DNA of 63,301 nt, the filler included, from Octopus bimaculoides (lineage: Eukaryota), in NCBI RefSeq assembly GCF_001194135.2. It is 5 parts of 3 records of this genome, joined end to end, with 100 filler letters (N's around TTAATTAATTAA, not from the genome) between each part and the next. Parts side by side here need not be neighbours in the genome. Positions count along the whole stretch, not along the records: positions 35,420 to 59,792 come from NC_068999.1; positions 59,893 to 61,405 come from NC_068999.1; positions 61,506 to 63,301 come from NC_068999.1; 2 more parts are not named here. One strand, 5' to 3'. This document shows positions 54,101 through 63,301 of the stretch, piece after piece (the first letter of the stretch is position 1; the number at the start of each line of letters is the position of its first letter). A program made the translations under genes and the position numbers. The notes beneath the pieces were generated by a model. It made no database searches. It saw only the letters and a list, made by a program, of their open reading frames with translations, and had not been told where the DNA came from.

Positions 54101-56979
54101 ATGACTACGATTTCACTTGGCTTGATGGGCCATCTTCTCAAGCACAGCATATTGCCAAACGCCTTGGTCATTTGTCATTGCCTCCATGAGGCTCAACACT
54201 CAGAAGGTGCTTTTTACATGAAACCAGCCTCCATTCAGTAAGTTAAAATGTTAGGTAAATTATTGGCGAAGTTAGAGAGATTGACCTTCTTTAAGAACAT
54301 GACACACTATTTCCCACTATTGGTATAAATTCCTGTAAAGATAGAGATATCGAAGGGCTACTTCAGAGAAAGAAGGGGATAAATAATTGAGTCTGCAGGA
54401 ATGAAAAAGATTGATGCCGACTGGAGTGGAATTTGAACTTAAAATACATAAAAAACAAACAATTTAAAGCATTTAAATAAGTTTGTTATTTTTGCTCACC
54501 TCTTCATCTTTATTACTATATTAATGTAATTAAATAAAAAGATGAAGGAAGGTAGGGTTAATATAATAAAGTATGTGAATTCTAAGTTTTTTAAAATTGC
54601 TTGATTTAATTAAGTAAAACTATAAAAAGTTGTTAGAAGATTACAATCATTATTTTCAAAAATCTCTGTCAAACATAACCACAACAAAGAAGCTGTTCAA
54701 CTATTTTTGTGCTTACACTTTTATGAAAATATACCACCTAGTGCTTTGATTAATGTTAAATATAATCAAGAATTTAGTAGAGATTAGTGAAACAACTAAC
54801 TTTGCCATTATTTGACTGGTGTTTGGAAACAATGAAATATTCTTACATGTAAGTATGATGCAGTGCTTTAATTTCAATATGGGCGCATTTAAATAGACAG
54901 TGCCATAGCACTGGAGTTGGTCTTAAGAACGTTGGTATTGAAAGGGTAAACAGAATATTATGACAACTTATCTATTCAATATTAGTTTCAAATTTTGGTA
55001 CAAGGCTAGCAATTTCAGGGGAGGAGTAAGTCGATGACATCGAACCCAGACTCAACTGGTACTTACTTTACTGACCCCGAAAGGATGAAAAGCAAAGTCG
55101 ACTTAGACAGAATTTGAACTCAGAACATAAAGATAGATAAACTGCTGCTAAGCATTTTGCCCATTGTGCTAACAATTCTGCCATCTCACCACCTTATACT
55201 TATTTATACAATATTCTTTTCAACTCTAGGCACAAGGCCCAAAATTTTGGGGGAGGGAGCCAGTCGATTACATCGACCCCAGTATGCAACTGGTACTTAA
55301 TTTATCGACCCCCAAAAGATGAAAAGTAAAGTCGACCTCGGTAGAATTTGAACTCAGAACATAAACACAGACGAAATACTGCTAAGCATTCCGCCTGGCA
55401 TGCGAATGATTCTGCCATCTCACTGCCTTATACTTATTTATACAATATTGTTAACCATAGTGTGAAGATGCATGGCCTGGTGGTTAAGGTGTTGCACTTA
55501 GAATTGCATGATCATGGTTTTGATTTCCAATCCAAGTGGTGCATTGCGTTCTTGAGTAGAACATTTTTTCTTGTTGCCCCAGTTCACACAATGGGCAGCC
55601 TTGAGACAAATTGGCATTCCATTCAAGGGGAATGCTGATCTGCCCACCTACCCAGTTTATTTGCACCTTTCAAAAACTACAACAATGTGAGGAAGTGCAT
55701 TGTGACCAGTGGTGTACAACAACATCTCATAGTCTGGTCGATACAGTGATACACCAGTTAAATATAGTATACTCACGCCTTGCTCTTGGTCCCATGTTGG
55801 TCAGATAAGCTTCGGCTATTTTCTGATTTACATTCGTCTTCTTCTGAACCTTCAGTTTTACGATCCTCACCTTCACTAAAAGTGAAGAAAAAATCTATTT
55901 CAGATTTATTAAGAAACCTTTGTCTGAAATAAACTAAGAAACATAACAGGAACTAGATTATCTAATTTGAATGAAAATGGTATTGTATAGAGAAAAACAG
56001 CTTGTTTTAAATCTCTGTGTGAAAGATATACAGTAACAGTATCAAATGGTAAAGTTTATTTGCCAACAGAACGTGGTAGTCCTATAGAAGATGATGTGAC
56101 TGTTGTTTTAGCCCTAGGAAAACGTCTTTTTCCAGTTGGCTATCAACACAGTCTGTGTTGTGTCGATAGCCAGCTGGAAAAGATGTTTTCCTGGGGCTAA
56201 AACAACAGTAACATCCTCCTTTATAGGACTGCCACGTTCTATTGGCAAATAAACTTTACCAATGGCATTGTAGTTGATAGTAAAAATGAAGTCTAGCTAG
56301 TGGTAAGAGATGGTAAGAGATATTAAATTATTTAAAAACAAGAGCACTCAGAGAGCACAAACCTCCGCCAAGGCAACATCAACATCCACTCAATGATTAG
56401 CCAGAGATGATTTTTAGAATGAGAATATCTGAAAAAATTTTAACTGCTCTCACAAACAAGAATACTAAAAATGCCATCAGAATGGGTGCCATNNNNNNNN
56501 NNNNNNNNNNNNNNNNNNNNNNNNNNNNNNNNNNNNNNNNNNNNNNNNNNNNNNNNNNNNNNNNNNNNNNNNNNNNNNNNNNNNNNNNNNNNNNNNNNNN
56601 NNNNNNNNNNNNNNNNNNNNNNNNNNNNNNNNNNNNNNNNNNNNNNNNNNNNNNNNNNNNNNNNNNNNNNNNNNNNNNNNNNNNNGTGAAACCCAATGGG
56701 TTTCTTCTTTCAGTTTCTGAATACCAAATCCACTCACACAGCTTTGGTCAGTCTGGTGCTATAGTGAAAGGACACTTGACCGAGGTGCTATACAATGGGA
56801 CTGAACCCAAAACCATGTGGTTGGAAAACAAGCTTCTTAACTACACAGCCATACTTGTGCCAGACAGTACAAATCAATGATATTTTAAAGAAATATCACA
56901 ACAAATATTCTGTTTTAATCACTGCAAAAAATGAAGAGAGGAAGCAAAAAAGATTAAATTAATATTAAAACATAATGTC

Positions 56980-57012
<33 letters not shown>

Positions 57013-58840
57013 CCCTAAATATTCATGTGTCCTTTGAATTATATGTAAATCAAGTGGGTTTATACAGCGAGGTAATTCGTCTTCAGCCACACTTAGAGGG
57101 ACTTTTTGTCCTGTATCAAGATTAGTTATGTAGACGGATTCCAAAATTTCCTAAAACAGAGAAATGTAAACAAAAGTCATTTCAAACACAAAAAAATCAA
57201 CAACAAAAATTATGAAATGATAACCACAAATAGACCAAGTAGTAATTTTATCTATTATACATTTAGGTAAACATTCGTGTGTTGAGGGTGCTGGTGTAGT
57301 CTCTGCCGCCAACTGCAGGAGCTGAAGTCTGATCAGGCAGTGAAGTAGCTCTGCCAGAGGCCACCAACTGAGGTATGCCAACCATTTTACAGTGTGTACT
57401 AAGTGCTTTCATTGTGATAGCAGCATAAGTGAGGTCACCTAGTAAGTTGCAAAACAGGAAAAGAACATGAAAAAGTCCACTCAACTAAGTGGAAGGGGAG
57501 TATCTGAGGAGGAGGAGGAGGAGGAGGAGGGAGCTTTATGCAAAATATTAAGTTGCCAGTACCGCCTGACTGGCCTTCGTAGGATTTTTGAGCGAGATCG
57601 TTGCCAGTGCCCCTGGACTGGCTCTTGTCCGGGTGGCACATAAAATACATCATTTTGAGCGTGGCCGTTGCCAGTACTGCCTGACTGGCCTTCGTGCGGG
57701 TGGCATGTGAAAGCACTCATTACACTCTCTGAGTGGTTGGCGTTAGGAAGGGCATCCAGGTGTAGAAACTCTGCNNNNNNNNNNCTGCCTGACTGGCCTT
57801 CGTGCGGGTGGCATGTGAAAGCACTCATTACACTCTCTGAGTGGTTGGCGTTAGGAAGGGCATCCAGGTGTAGAAACTCTGCCAAATCAGATTGGAGGCT
57901 GGTGTTGCCATCCGGTTTCACCAGTCCTCAGTCAAATCGTCCAACCCATGCTAGCATGGAAAGCGGACGTTAAACGATGATGATGATGATGATGATGATG
58001 ATAAAGTATGATAGAGGGATATGCACAGGTGTCACGCTGTCGAGGAGAAACATGGCCACCCATAGACATATATGGGTAGGAGTAGGTGGGAAAAAGAAGA
58101 ATGATGGTGATGGGGTACCACAGTGAGTTCTCAGGATGAAAGAAGGTGAGCGTAAGAAAGGATATAGATAATGGATCAGGGTCAAAGAAATATTCAAGAG
58201 AACTTAAAAAAAACAACTTTTAAATAACAAAGTATTACATAAATGCAAACAAACAAACCTGGTCTGTAAGGGAACGGCCGGAATTTGAACGTGGTCTTAA
58301 CATTTGACTGTAATCACTGGGCAGACTGTTACTTTTTGGAAAATCTTGCAAAGACTTTTGCCTTAGTAAAACACCATCACTTTCTAAAGAAGCTAATGTA
58401 TTCTGTTCCATGATAGGAGATACCGAATCTTGATCTGAGTTCACAGCACCAGTTTCAGCTTCCTAGTGACAGTTGAAGTATAAAGAAAAAGGAAAAAGTG
58501 TATGAATTCATTATAAAAAATGCAAAACAGTTTCATTAATTACCACTGTTGTATAATTAAGAAAATCTTCATGAAAATTATTGTGTTTTGATTAAATGTT
58601 TTTGGAAAATTGAAATTTTTGAAAATGTATTGTTTGTATGAAAATGTGATCCTTGTAAATGTTAAGACCTAGGACACTGATTCCAGTTGAAATAACACTA
58701 ACCTCGGCATTTATTATTCTACTTCCTTCTAAGGCACTTTGTAAATCAAGAGAATGTTGAAGTTCTTTAGTTAAACATTCCACAGTAGATACTGGTGTTA
58801 ACAACTCCGCAGGAGAAACACAATACATGGACAAGTTTTC
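35551..58840 (-). CDS. WDR44: WD repeat-containing protein 44 (Rab11-binding protein/rabphilin-11), partial spliced CDS, 15 exons, 1655 nt
   Basis: Hand-spliced exons 58703-58840, 58259-58462, 57014-57150, 55777-55875, 50847-50929, 49673-49734, 49039-49119, 46112-46156, 45327-45414, 44393-44469, 43809-43916, 41487-41609, 40401-40592, 38892-38993 and 35551-35666 all have AG/GT boundaries and compatible phases. The peptide matches WDR44 motifs [93 protein letters not shown] and [13 protein letters not shown]. Confidence 0.96.
38892..38993 (-). CDS. WDR44: WDR44 exon ([34 protein letters not shown])
   Basis: 102 nt, phase 0-0; found by manual translation, absent from the ORF track. Confidence 0.95.
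40015..40350 (+). mobile_element. SINE family 3 copy
   Basis: Co-linear with 24212-24552. Confidence 0.75.
40401..40592 (-). CDS. WDR44: WDR44 exon ([24 protein letters not shown]...GKCIFFTTE)
   Basis: 192 nt, phase 0-0, near-identical WD40 repeats. Confidence 0.96.
40640..40910. repeat. compound (ATGT/GT) low-complexity tract just 5' of a WDR44 acceptor
   Basis: Direct inspection; source of spurious His/Thr/Cys ORFs. Confidence 0.85.
41487..41609 (-). CDS. WDR44: WDR44 exon ([41 protein letters not shown])
   Basis: 123 nt, phase 0-0, near-identical to vertebrate WDR44. Confidence 0.96.
42859..43092 (+). mobile_element. SINE family 2 copy
   Basis: Reverse complement of 23915-24145. Confidence 0.75.
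43809..43916 (-). CDS. WDR44: WDR44 exon ([36 protein letters not shown])
   Basis: 108 nt, phase 0-0, matches KNAPF...PFCKYKGHTADLLDLSWSK. Confidence 0.95.
44085..44283 (-). mobile_element. SINE family 2 copy
   Basis: Shares the TTCTGAGTTCAAATT...GCCTTTCATCC core in opposite orientation to 42859-43092. Confidence 0.7.
44393..44469 (-). CDS. WDR44: WDR44 exon ([25 protein letters not shown])
   Basis: ttttag/gtaaat, 77 nt, phase 1-0, similar to VSPSPSQESL. Confidence 0.88.
44537..44652. repeat. 22-bp minisatellite x5 (GAGTATTTCATGTTGATACAGG-like)
   Basis: Five diverged tandem units. Confidence 0.7.
45327..45414 (-). CDS. WDR44: WDR44 exon ([29 protein letters not shown])
   Basis: tttcag/gtatat, 88 nt, end of the first WD40 repeat. 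Confidence 0.94.
45501..45999. mobile_element. fold-back MITE in a WDR44 intron
   Basis: Arms 45501-45651 and 45833-45999 are reverse complements with GGCGGAGGTATTG termini; loop sequence recurs at about 56345-56480. Confidence 0.8.
46112..46156 (-). CDS. WDR44: WDR44 45-nt exon ([15 protein letters not shown])
   Basis: tttatag/gtgagt, matches GAVWTMKFSHCGRLL. Confidence 0.93.
46235..46440 (-). mobile_element. SINE family 2 copy
   Basis: Same core. Confidence 0.7.
46560..46895 (-). mobile_element. second RLE-type non-LTR 3' fragment
   Basis: Manual translation [21 protein letters not shown]...[16 protein letters not shown]...KAAEK. Confidence 0.65.
46907..48180 (-). mobile_element. degenerate maT/DD37D-like Tc1/mariner element
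   Basis: HTH region ([11 protein letters not shown]), [24 protein letters not shown]; weak TACA..GT terminal similarity. Confidence 0.8.
49039..49119 (-). CDS. WDR44: WDR44 exon ([27 protein letters not shown])
   Basis: 81 nt, phase 0-0, matches KGPYDFDQ...QDLSGEH. Confidence 0.93.
49673..49734 (-). CDS. WDR44: WDR44 exon ([20 protein letters not shown])
   Basis: tttcag/gttgtt, 62 nt, phase 1-0 bridges its neighbours. Confidence 0.8.
50847..50929 (-). CDS. WDR44: WDR44 exon ([27 protein letters not shown])
   Basis: ttgtag/gtatgg, 83 nt, phase 2-1, similar to TQLKKFLGKSV...NKVKSV. Confidence 0.9.
51557..51960 (+). mobile_element. Tc1-family left end with N-terminal transposase fragment
   Basis: TA + CAGGGGTTGGACAAAATAATGGAAACACC TIR; [15 protein letters not shown]...VSRSTV paired-like HTH. 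Confidence 0.8.
52455..53100. mobile_element. cluster of SINE fragments in opposite orientations
   Basis: Family 2 core at about 52500-52620(-) and 52930-53040(+). Confidence 0.65.
53090..53700 (-). mobile_element. old CR1/Jockey-like LINE reverse transcriptase remnant
   Basis: IKAF..V.HK.L, L.WI.SF.S, degraded GVPQG...LLYIND. Confidence 0.55.
54995..55449 (-). mobile_element. two tandem family-2 SINEs; the second is flanked by a 20-bp duplication
   Basis: ATACTTATTTATACAATATT at 55196-55215 and 55430-55449. Confidence 0.75.
55777..55875 (-). CDS. WDR44: WDR44 exon ([19 protein letters not shown]...)
   Basis: ttttag/gtgagt, 99 nt, phase 2-2, acidic linker at the expected position. Confidence 0.85.
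56048..56260. mobile_element. 213-bp palindromic MITE-like element
   Basis: About 103-bp arms, 10 mismatches plus 1 indel, 8-nt loop, AAT repeated on both flanks. Confidence 0.8.
57014..57150 (-). CDS. WDR44: WDR44 exon, Rab11-binding region ([45 protein letters not shown])
   Basis: ttttag/GT boundaries, 137 nt, strong similarity to EILASVMIKNLDTGEEIPLSLAEEKLPTGINPL. Confidence 0.94.
57555..58000 (+). mobile_element. RTE 3'-UTR-only copy ending in (GAT)n
   Basis: Matches the tail of 4307-6435; further tail-only copies at about 1138-1330(-), 36870-37055(+), 42510-42665(+), 44790-45056(+), 50447-50605(-), 53880-54230(-). Confidence 0.8.
58259..58462 (-). CDS. WDR44: WDR44 exon (EAETGAV...[13 protein letters not shown])
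   Basis: 204 nt, phase 0-0, contains the conserved [11 protein letters not shown] motif. Confidence 0.92.
58703..58840 (-). CDS. WDR44: WDR44 exon ([14 protein letters not shown]...RIINAE), poorly conserved region
   Basis: tttgcag/gttagt boundaries, 138 nt, phase 0-0, joins in frame to the next exon; no motif recognised. Confidence 0.7.
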
Positions 58841-59012
58841 CTGCAAATTCAAAAGCAGACAAGAATTTTTGGTAAGATAATGATTATCAAAATACAATAA
58901 AAAAGAAATAATAATTTTTTATTTTCATATCTTATTATCTATGGGATAATTAAGACAGATTTGACATCTCAGATCCCTTCAAATTTCAGTCACCTTCAAC
59001 TTAATAATAATA

Positions 59013-59046
<34 letters not shown>

Positions 59047-59494
59047 CAACAACAATAAAAATAATGATGATGATAATCCTTTCTACTGTAAGCTCAAGGC
59101 CCGAAATTTGCCTTTCATCTTGTTGGGGTCGATAAAATTAAGCATCAGTGAAACACTAGGGCTGATGTAATCGACTATACCCCTCCTCCAGACTTCAGGC
59201 CTTGTGCCTATAGTAGAAAGGATTATTATTATTATCCATAAATTTATTATTATTTATCATTTACAATTATTTATATCATATTTTCTGGCATACAAGTTGT
59301 ATTTTTCAGAAAAATTTACAAGACAAATCTGGTAGGTCAACTTATACATAATGTCAATTTTGGAGGAGGAAAATTCCATGTGAAATGCAGCAGGATTTGG
59401 AAAGGCAGTGACAATGTTTAAATGTTTTCACTAGATATGCAGGAAAATACGGTAATTCTTTATGCAGGAAAATACGGTAATTCTTTACAATTTA

Positions 59495-59792
59495 CAGGTA
59501 CAAGATTTTCTGGGCAGGGAACACTGACGGGGTCGGGGGCGTAGGAATACTTCTAGCGGAGAAATGGGTGGATAAGGTAATCGAGGTCGTTAGAGTAAGT
59601 GACAGAGTACTTAAGATCAGACTAGTGCTTCATCATAGATTAGCTACTGTCATCTCAGCCTATGCACCTCAACCTGGGCTACCAGATGGTCTGAAAGACC
59701 AATTCTATGACACCCTCTTGCAAACTACCTCGTCGACGAGTGACAGGGACCTTCTCTTTGTGGCTGGAGACTTCAACGGTCATGTCGGACGT
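59495..59792 (+). mobile_element. RTE LINE apurinic endonuclease fragment cut by the gap
   Basis: GVGILL..., VISAYAPQ, AGDFNGHVG motifs; uninterrupted frame. Confidence 0.88.
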
Positions 59793-59892
59793 NNNNNNNN
59801 NNNNNNNNNNNNNNNNNNNNNNNNNNNNNNNNNNNNTTAATTAATTAANNNNNNNNNNNNNNNNNNNNNNNNNNNNNNNNNNNNNNNNNNNN
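59793..59892. other. artificial scaffold spacer
   Basis: Same construct; preceded by a cut RTE endonuclease. Confidence 0.92.
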
Positions 59893-59999
59893 GTATCTGT
59901 CATTACAGTATCGAAATGGTGTACATATACATGTATATGTATACATATACATCTCTCTCTCTCTCTCTTTCTCTCTTTCTCTCTCTGTGAAAGTATCTG

Positions 60000-60325
60000 T
60001 CACTACAGTATCGAAATGTGATTGTTTCAGTTAGTGGAATAGTTTCATTTTTAAAGTGAAAGTATTTGACATGAGTGTTTTTGTTTCACTTTTGACACGT
60101 AATACTTAAATAGTGGAGGAGATATTATGTTGCCGTGTGCTCGAACTCTGCAAGAAGTTAATAATTTTTTTTGACTAAAACACAACTGGAACCCTAAGTA
60201 AGGCATGTGTAAAATTTGAATGAAATTGGTTGCGTAGTTCTCGAGTTTTAGGGATTCACACAGACAGACAGACAGACAGACAGACAGACCGACAGACAGA
60301 CATTCTCATTTTTATATATATAGAT
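60000..60325 (+). mobile_element. non-autonomous Helitron/Helentron-like element end with (GACA)n
   Basis: AAATTTGAATGAAATTGG...TTCTCGAGTTTTAG...(GACA)n...TTTTTATATATATAGAT resembles microsatellite-bearing Lep1/HINE-type ends as recalled; not verified by search. Confidence 0.45.
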
Positions 60326-60574
60326 ATATGCATACCCAGTCTCACACACATGCACATACACACGCGAGTTTATAATAATGCAGCAATAGTAACTGTAACA
60401 CCAGCAACAACAACAACATCATTGTTAATACTAACATGCTTTTCAGTATTATGGCCACAAGGCCTGAGGATGAGGCGACATTAATAAAAATATGTTTCCT
60501 TTGAAGTATACAGCATCAAGTTATTTTGTTTTGCTACGATGGAAAAGCTAGGATCCAATCTCCCTCCATCTTTA

Positions 60575-60594
60575 TTATTATTATTATTATTATT

Positions 60595-60669
<75 letters not shown>

Positions 60670-60670
60670 C
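60575..60670. repeat. (TAT)n directly followed by (AAT)n
   Basis: Direct inspection. Confidence 0.9.
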
Positions 60671-61349
60671 TGTTGTTGTTATTGTACTTGTTGTTGCTGT
60701 CAGTTTCTTTTTCTACTTCTCGTGGATGTTAAATATTAGTTTTAGCATCAAATATTTTCTCAGACATTATGCATTTATCTCTTACACTTCCTCGAAAACC
60801 AGCTTTAAACATGTCTATTTATTGCACACATTTGCAGCTATTTGCATTCATGTTGTTTCGTTTTTGTGTTTCATTTCAAATCAGTTTATTCTATATTCTT
60901 GTTGCGTCCTGCTGTTTTATTGTCGTTGTTCTTCATTCTTTCGTTGTTGATGTTATTGTTGTTATAGATGTTTCATTCCTTTTTAATTTTACTGCTAACT
61001 TTTTCTGTTTAATATTTTTTTATCATCTCTCTCTTTTGATCATATATAAATCAAACTTATAAATAGCTTTCATTAAGATATGTCTTCAGTTGTATAAAAT
61101 ATTTCCTGTGAATCCTATATTAAATGTTAATATTTTACTATTACATCGAAGCTTTGAAATAATTGTTTTCTAGAAGAGGCGCAGATGTGGCGGTGTGGTA
61201 AAAAGCTTCCCTCTCAACCACATGGTTCCAAGTTCAGTCACACTCTGAGGCACCGTGGGCAAGTGCCTAGGTTCGATCAAAGCCTTGCGAGTGGATTTGG
61301 TAGCCTTTCTCTCTCCCTCTCTCTCCTTCTCCCTCTCTCTCCTCCCCCC

Positions 61350-61405
<56 letters not shown>

Positions 61406-61505
61406 NNNNNNNNNNNNNNNNNNNNNNNNNNNNNNNNNNNNNNNNNNNNTTAATTAATTAANNNNNNNNNNNNNNNNNNNNNNNNNNNNNNNNNNNNNNN
61501 NNNNN
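61406..61505. other. artificial scaffold spacer
   Basis: Same construct. Confidence 0.92.
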
Positions 61506-62468
61506 CCTGTAACTTAGTAGTTCAACAAAAACGACCAATTGAATAAGTACCAGAGTTTTTTAAAAAATTAAGTACTGGAGTTGAATGAATCGATTCAAGT
61601 ACTTATTCATTCAACTAAAATATTCTTCAAGATGGTGCCCCAGCCTGACCACAGTCTAATGACTGAAACTAGGAAAAGATAAAAGATAAACACTCCTTGA
61701 GCCATGTCTTACTGTCTTAAAAATGGGAAAGCTATATTCGGGGCTGGTTTTAAACCAATTAGATAGATTCATACAAACTGGGTTCTACGCCAAGAGAGGG
61801 CCCTGCATACATGCTTTAGTGGAGGATATTATGATGAAATTTTAGCATATCATTGCAGCTAAAGGTGGAGCATCAAGGCCTCAATGCTTTTTGGCTGGGA
61901 CTGGCATACTATCACGAAGCATACAACATCAATCTTCAGCTTTTGTAGTATAGAGGGCTCCACTGACAATTCTCTAATTAGGTCCTGCACTTCCTAGTTC
62001 TAGTCCTAGCTATATTAGCTGATGCAATCATTGGTAAACCTCTAAAATGACTCAGTAATTATGGCTGGATTTCCTTTCAACAAAGGTTTACTCAATAAAG
62101 GCTGAGCTGAGATTAAACAACAACAGCAACAACAACAACAACAACAATAGCAACAAGACCAACTACATTAGCAGTAGTAACAAAAAGATCCACATTAGAA
62201 GCTACTGTGAAATATGAAAGCCTGTATGAGAAGTTCCTGTGAAGATACAATATATCCACTAAATATCTCTCAAAGTAAAGGACTACAAGCTTTAGAATTG
62301 GAAATACCATTGCACCATGCTATTCCACAATAAAGTCAGTGTGATTATGTTTTGGATAATTGTTAAAGTTAGGGTTAGGGTTAGGGTTAACACAGTTAAA
62401 TAATGCTGTTTCTGTTCTATCAGATTACACTGCTTATGGTTCATCAGTAAACAACAACAACAACAACA

Positions 62469-62508
<40 letters not shown>

Positions 62509-63044
62509 ACGACAACAATGGCATTAGCAATAATAGCAACAATAGCAACCAAAAACGACAACAAAGCAACTGTTTATATATGTCTGTTTGCATATGTTTG
62601 TGTATGTTTGCATATATATATATATTACATATATTATACATATATTTATAAATATATACATATATAGGGAGAATTCATATACACATACATATATATACAC
62701 ATATATATATATAAATATGTAAATATGTATATATATATCCATGCCAGTACAGAGGGCAGATGTTAAATGATGATGATAATGATGTCGAAATATAAATGTA
62801 TATATATATATGTACATATGTGTGTGTGTATGTATGTATGTATAAATACATCTAGATACAGATATATATGCAGTAACGCCTCACCATATTGTGGTTCACA
62901 TATCATGGTTTATTATTTAAGCTTACATCGATTTCTCCATGTTGTTGTTTTGTGTTTATAATAAAATGAATATATACAACTTATAAAAATAATGAAAGCA
63001 ATATACAGTACTGTTTCTATATATATATATATGTATGCGTATCA

Positions 63045-63301
63045 TCATCATCATCGTTTAACGTCCGCTTTCCATGCTAGCATGGGTTGGACGATTTGAC
63101 TGAGGACTGGTGAAACCAGATGGCAACACCAGGCTCCAGTCTGATTTGGCAGAGTTTCTACAGCTGGATGCCCTTCCTAATGCCAACCACTCCGAGAGTG
63201 TAGTGGGTGCTTTTACATGTCACTGGCACGAGGGCCAGTCAAGCGGGTACTGGCAACGACCACGCTCGAAATGGTGTATTTTACGTGCCACCTGCACAGG
63301 G
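63045..63301 (-). mobile_element. RTE 3' end running off the window
   Basis: (CAT)n-CGTTTAACGTCCGCTTTCCATGCTAGCATGGGTTGG, reverse complement of the 57555-58000 tail. Confidence 0.8.

Noticed and set aside
57676-57882. Exact about 98-bp direct duplication on either side of a 10-N gap
   Set aside because: Typical unmerged contig overlap (assembly artefact), not a biological tandem repeat
30618-58840. Functional link between GAS1 (Hedgehog co-receptor) and WDR44 (ciliogenesis regulator) as a gene cluster
   Set aside because: The genes are on different scaffolds joined by an artificial spacer, and cilium-dependent Hedgehog signalling is not established for this lineage
1-63301. CRISPR arrays, rRNA or intact tRNA genes
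   Set aside because: None seen; tRNA-like segments are SINE heads, and tandem repeats lack unique spacers

Overview
AT-rich, microsatellite-dense animal genomic DNA. Its repeat families (RTE LINEs, tRNA-type SINEs, Penelope-like elements, Tc1/mariner) look like an octopus genome; that species assignment is inference. Four 100-bp N spacers with an embedded TTAATTAATTAA show the window is five joined scaffolds (1-20339, 20440-35319, 35420-59792, 59893-61405, 61506-63301), so adjacency across those joins is unproven. Host genes: (1) WDR44/Rab11BP on the minus strand, 15 phase-consistent GT-AG exons between 58840 and 35551, with the N-terminal and last exons not found; (2) an intronless GAS1-like GPI/Cys-rich gene at 30618-31412 (+); (3) candidate exons of an unidentified plus-strand gene at 102-7170. 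The rest is decayed transposons. I see no convincing new multi-gene system. The most striking unexplained pattern is the density of fold-back DNA: a 5.4-kb inverted Penelope (Naiad-like) structure, a perfect 198-bp inverted repeat, convergent piggyBacs enclosing a candidate terminal exon, and several intronic hairpins in WDR44. All are candidate dsRNA/ADAR substrates.
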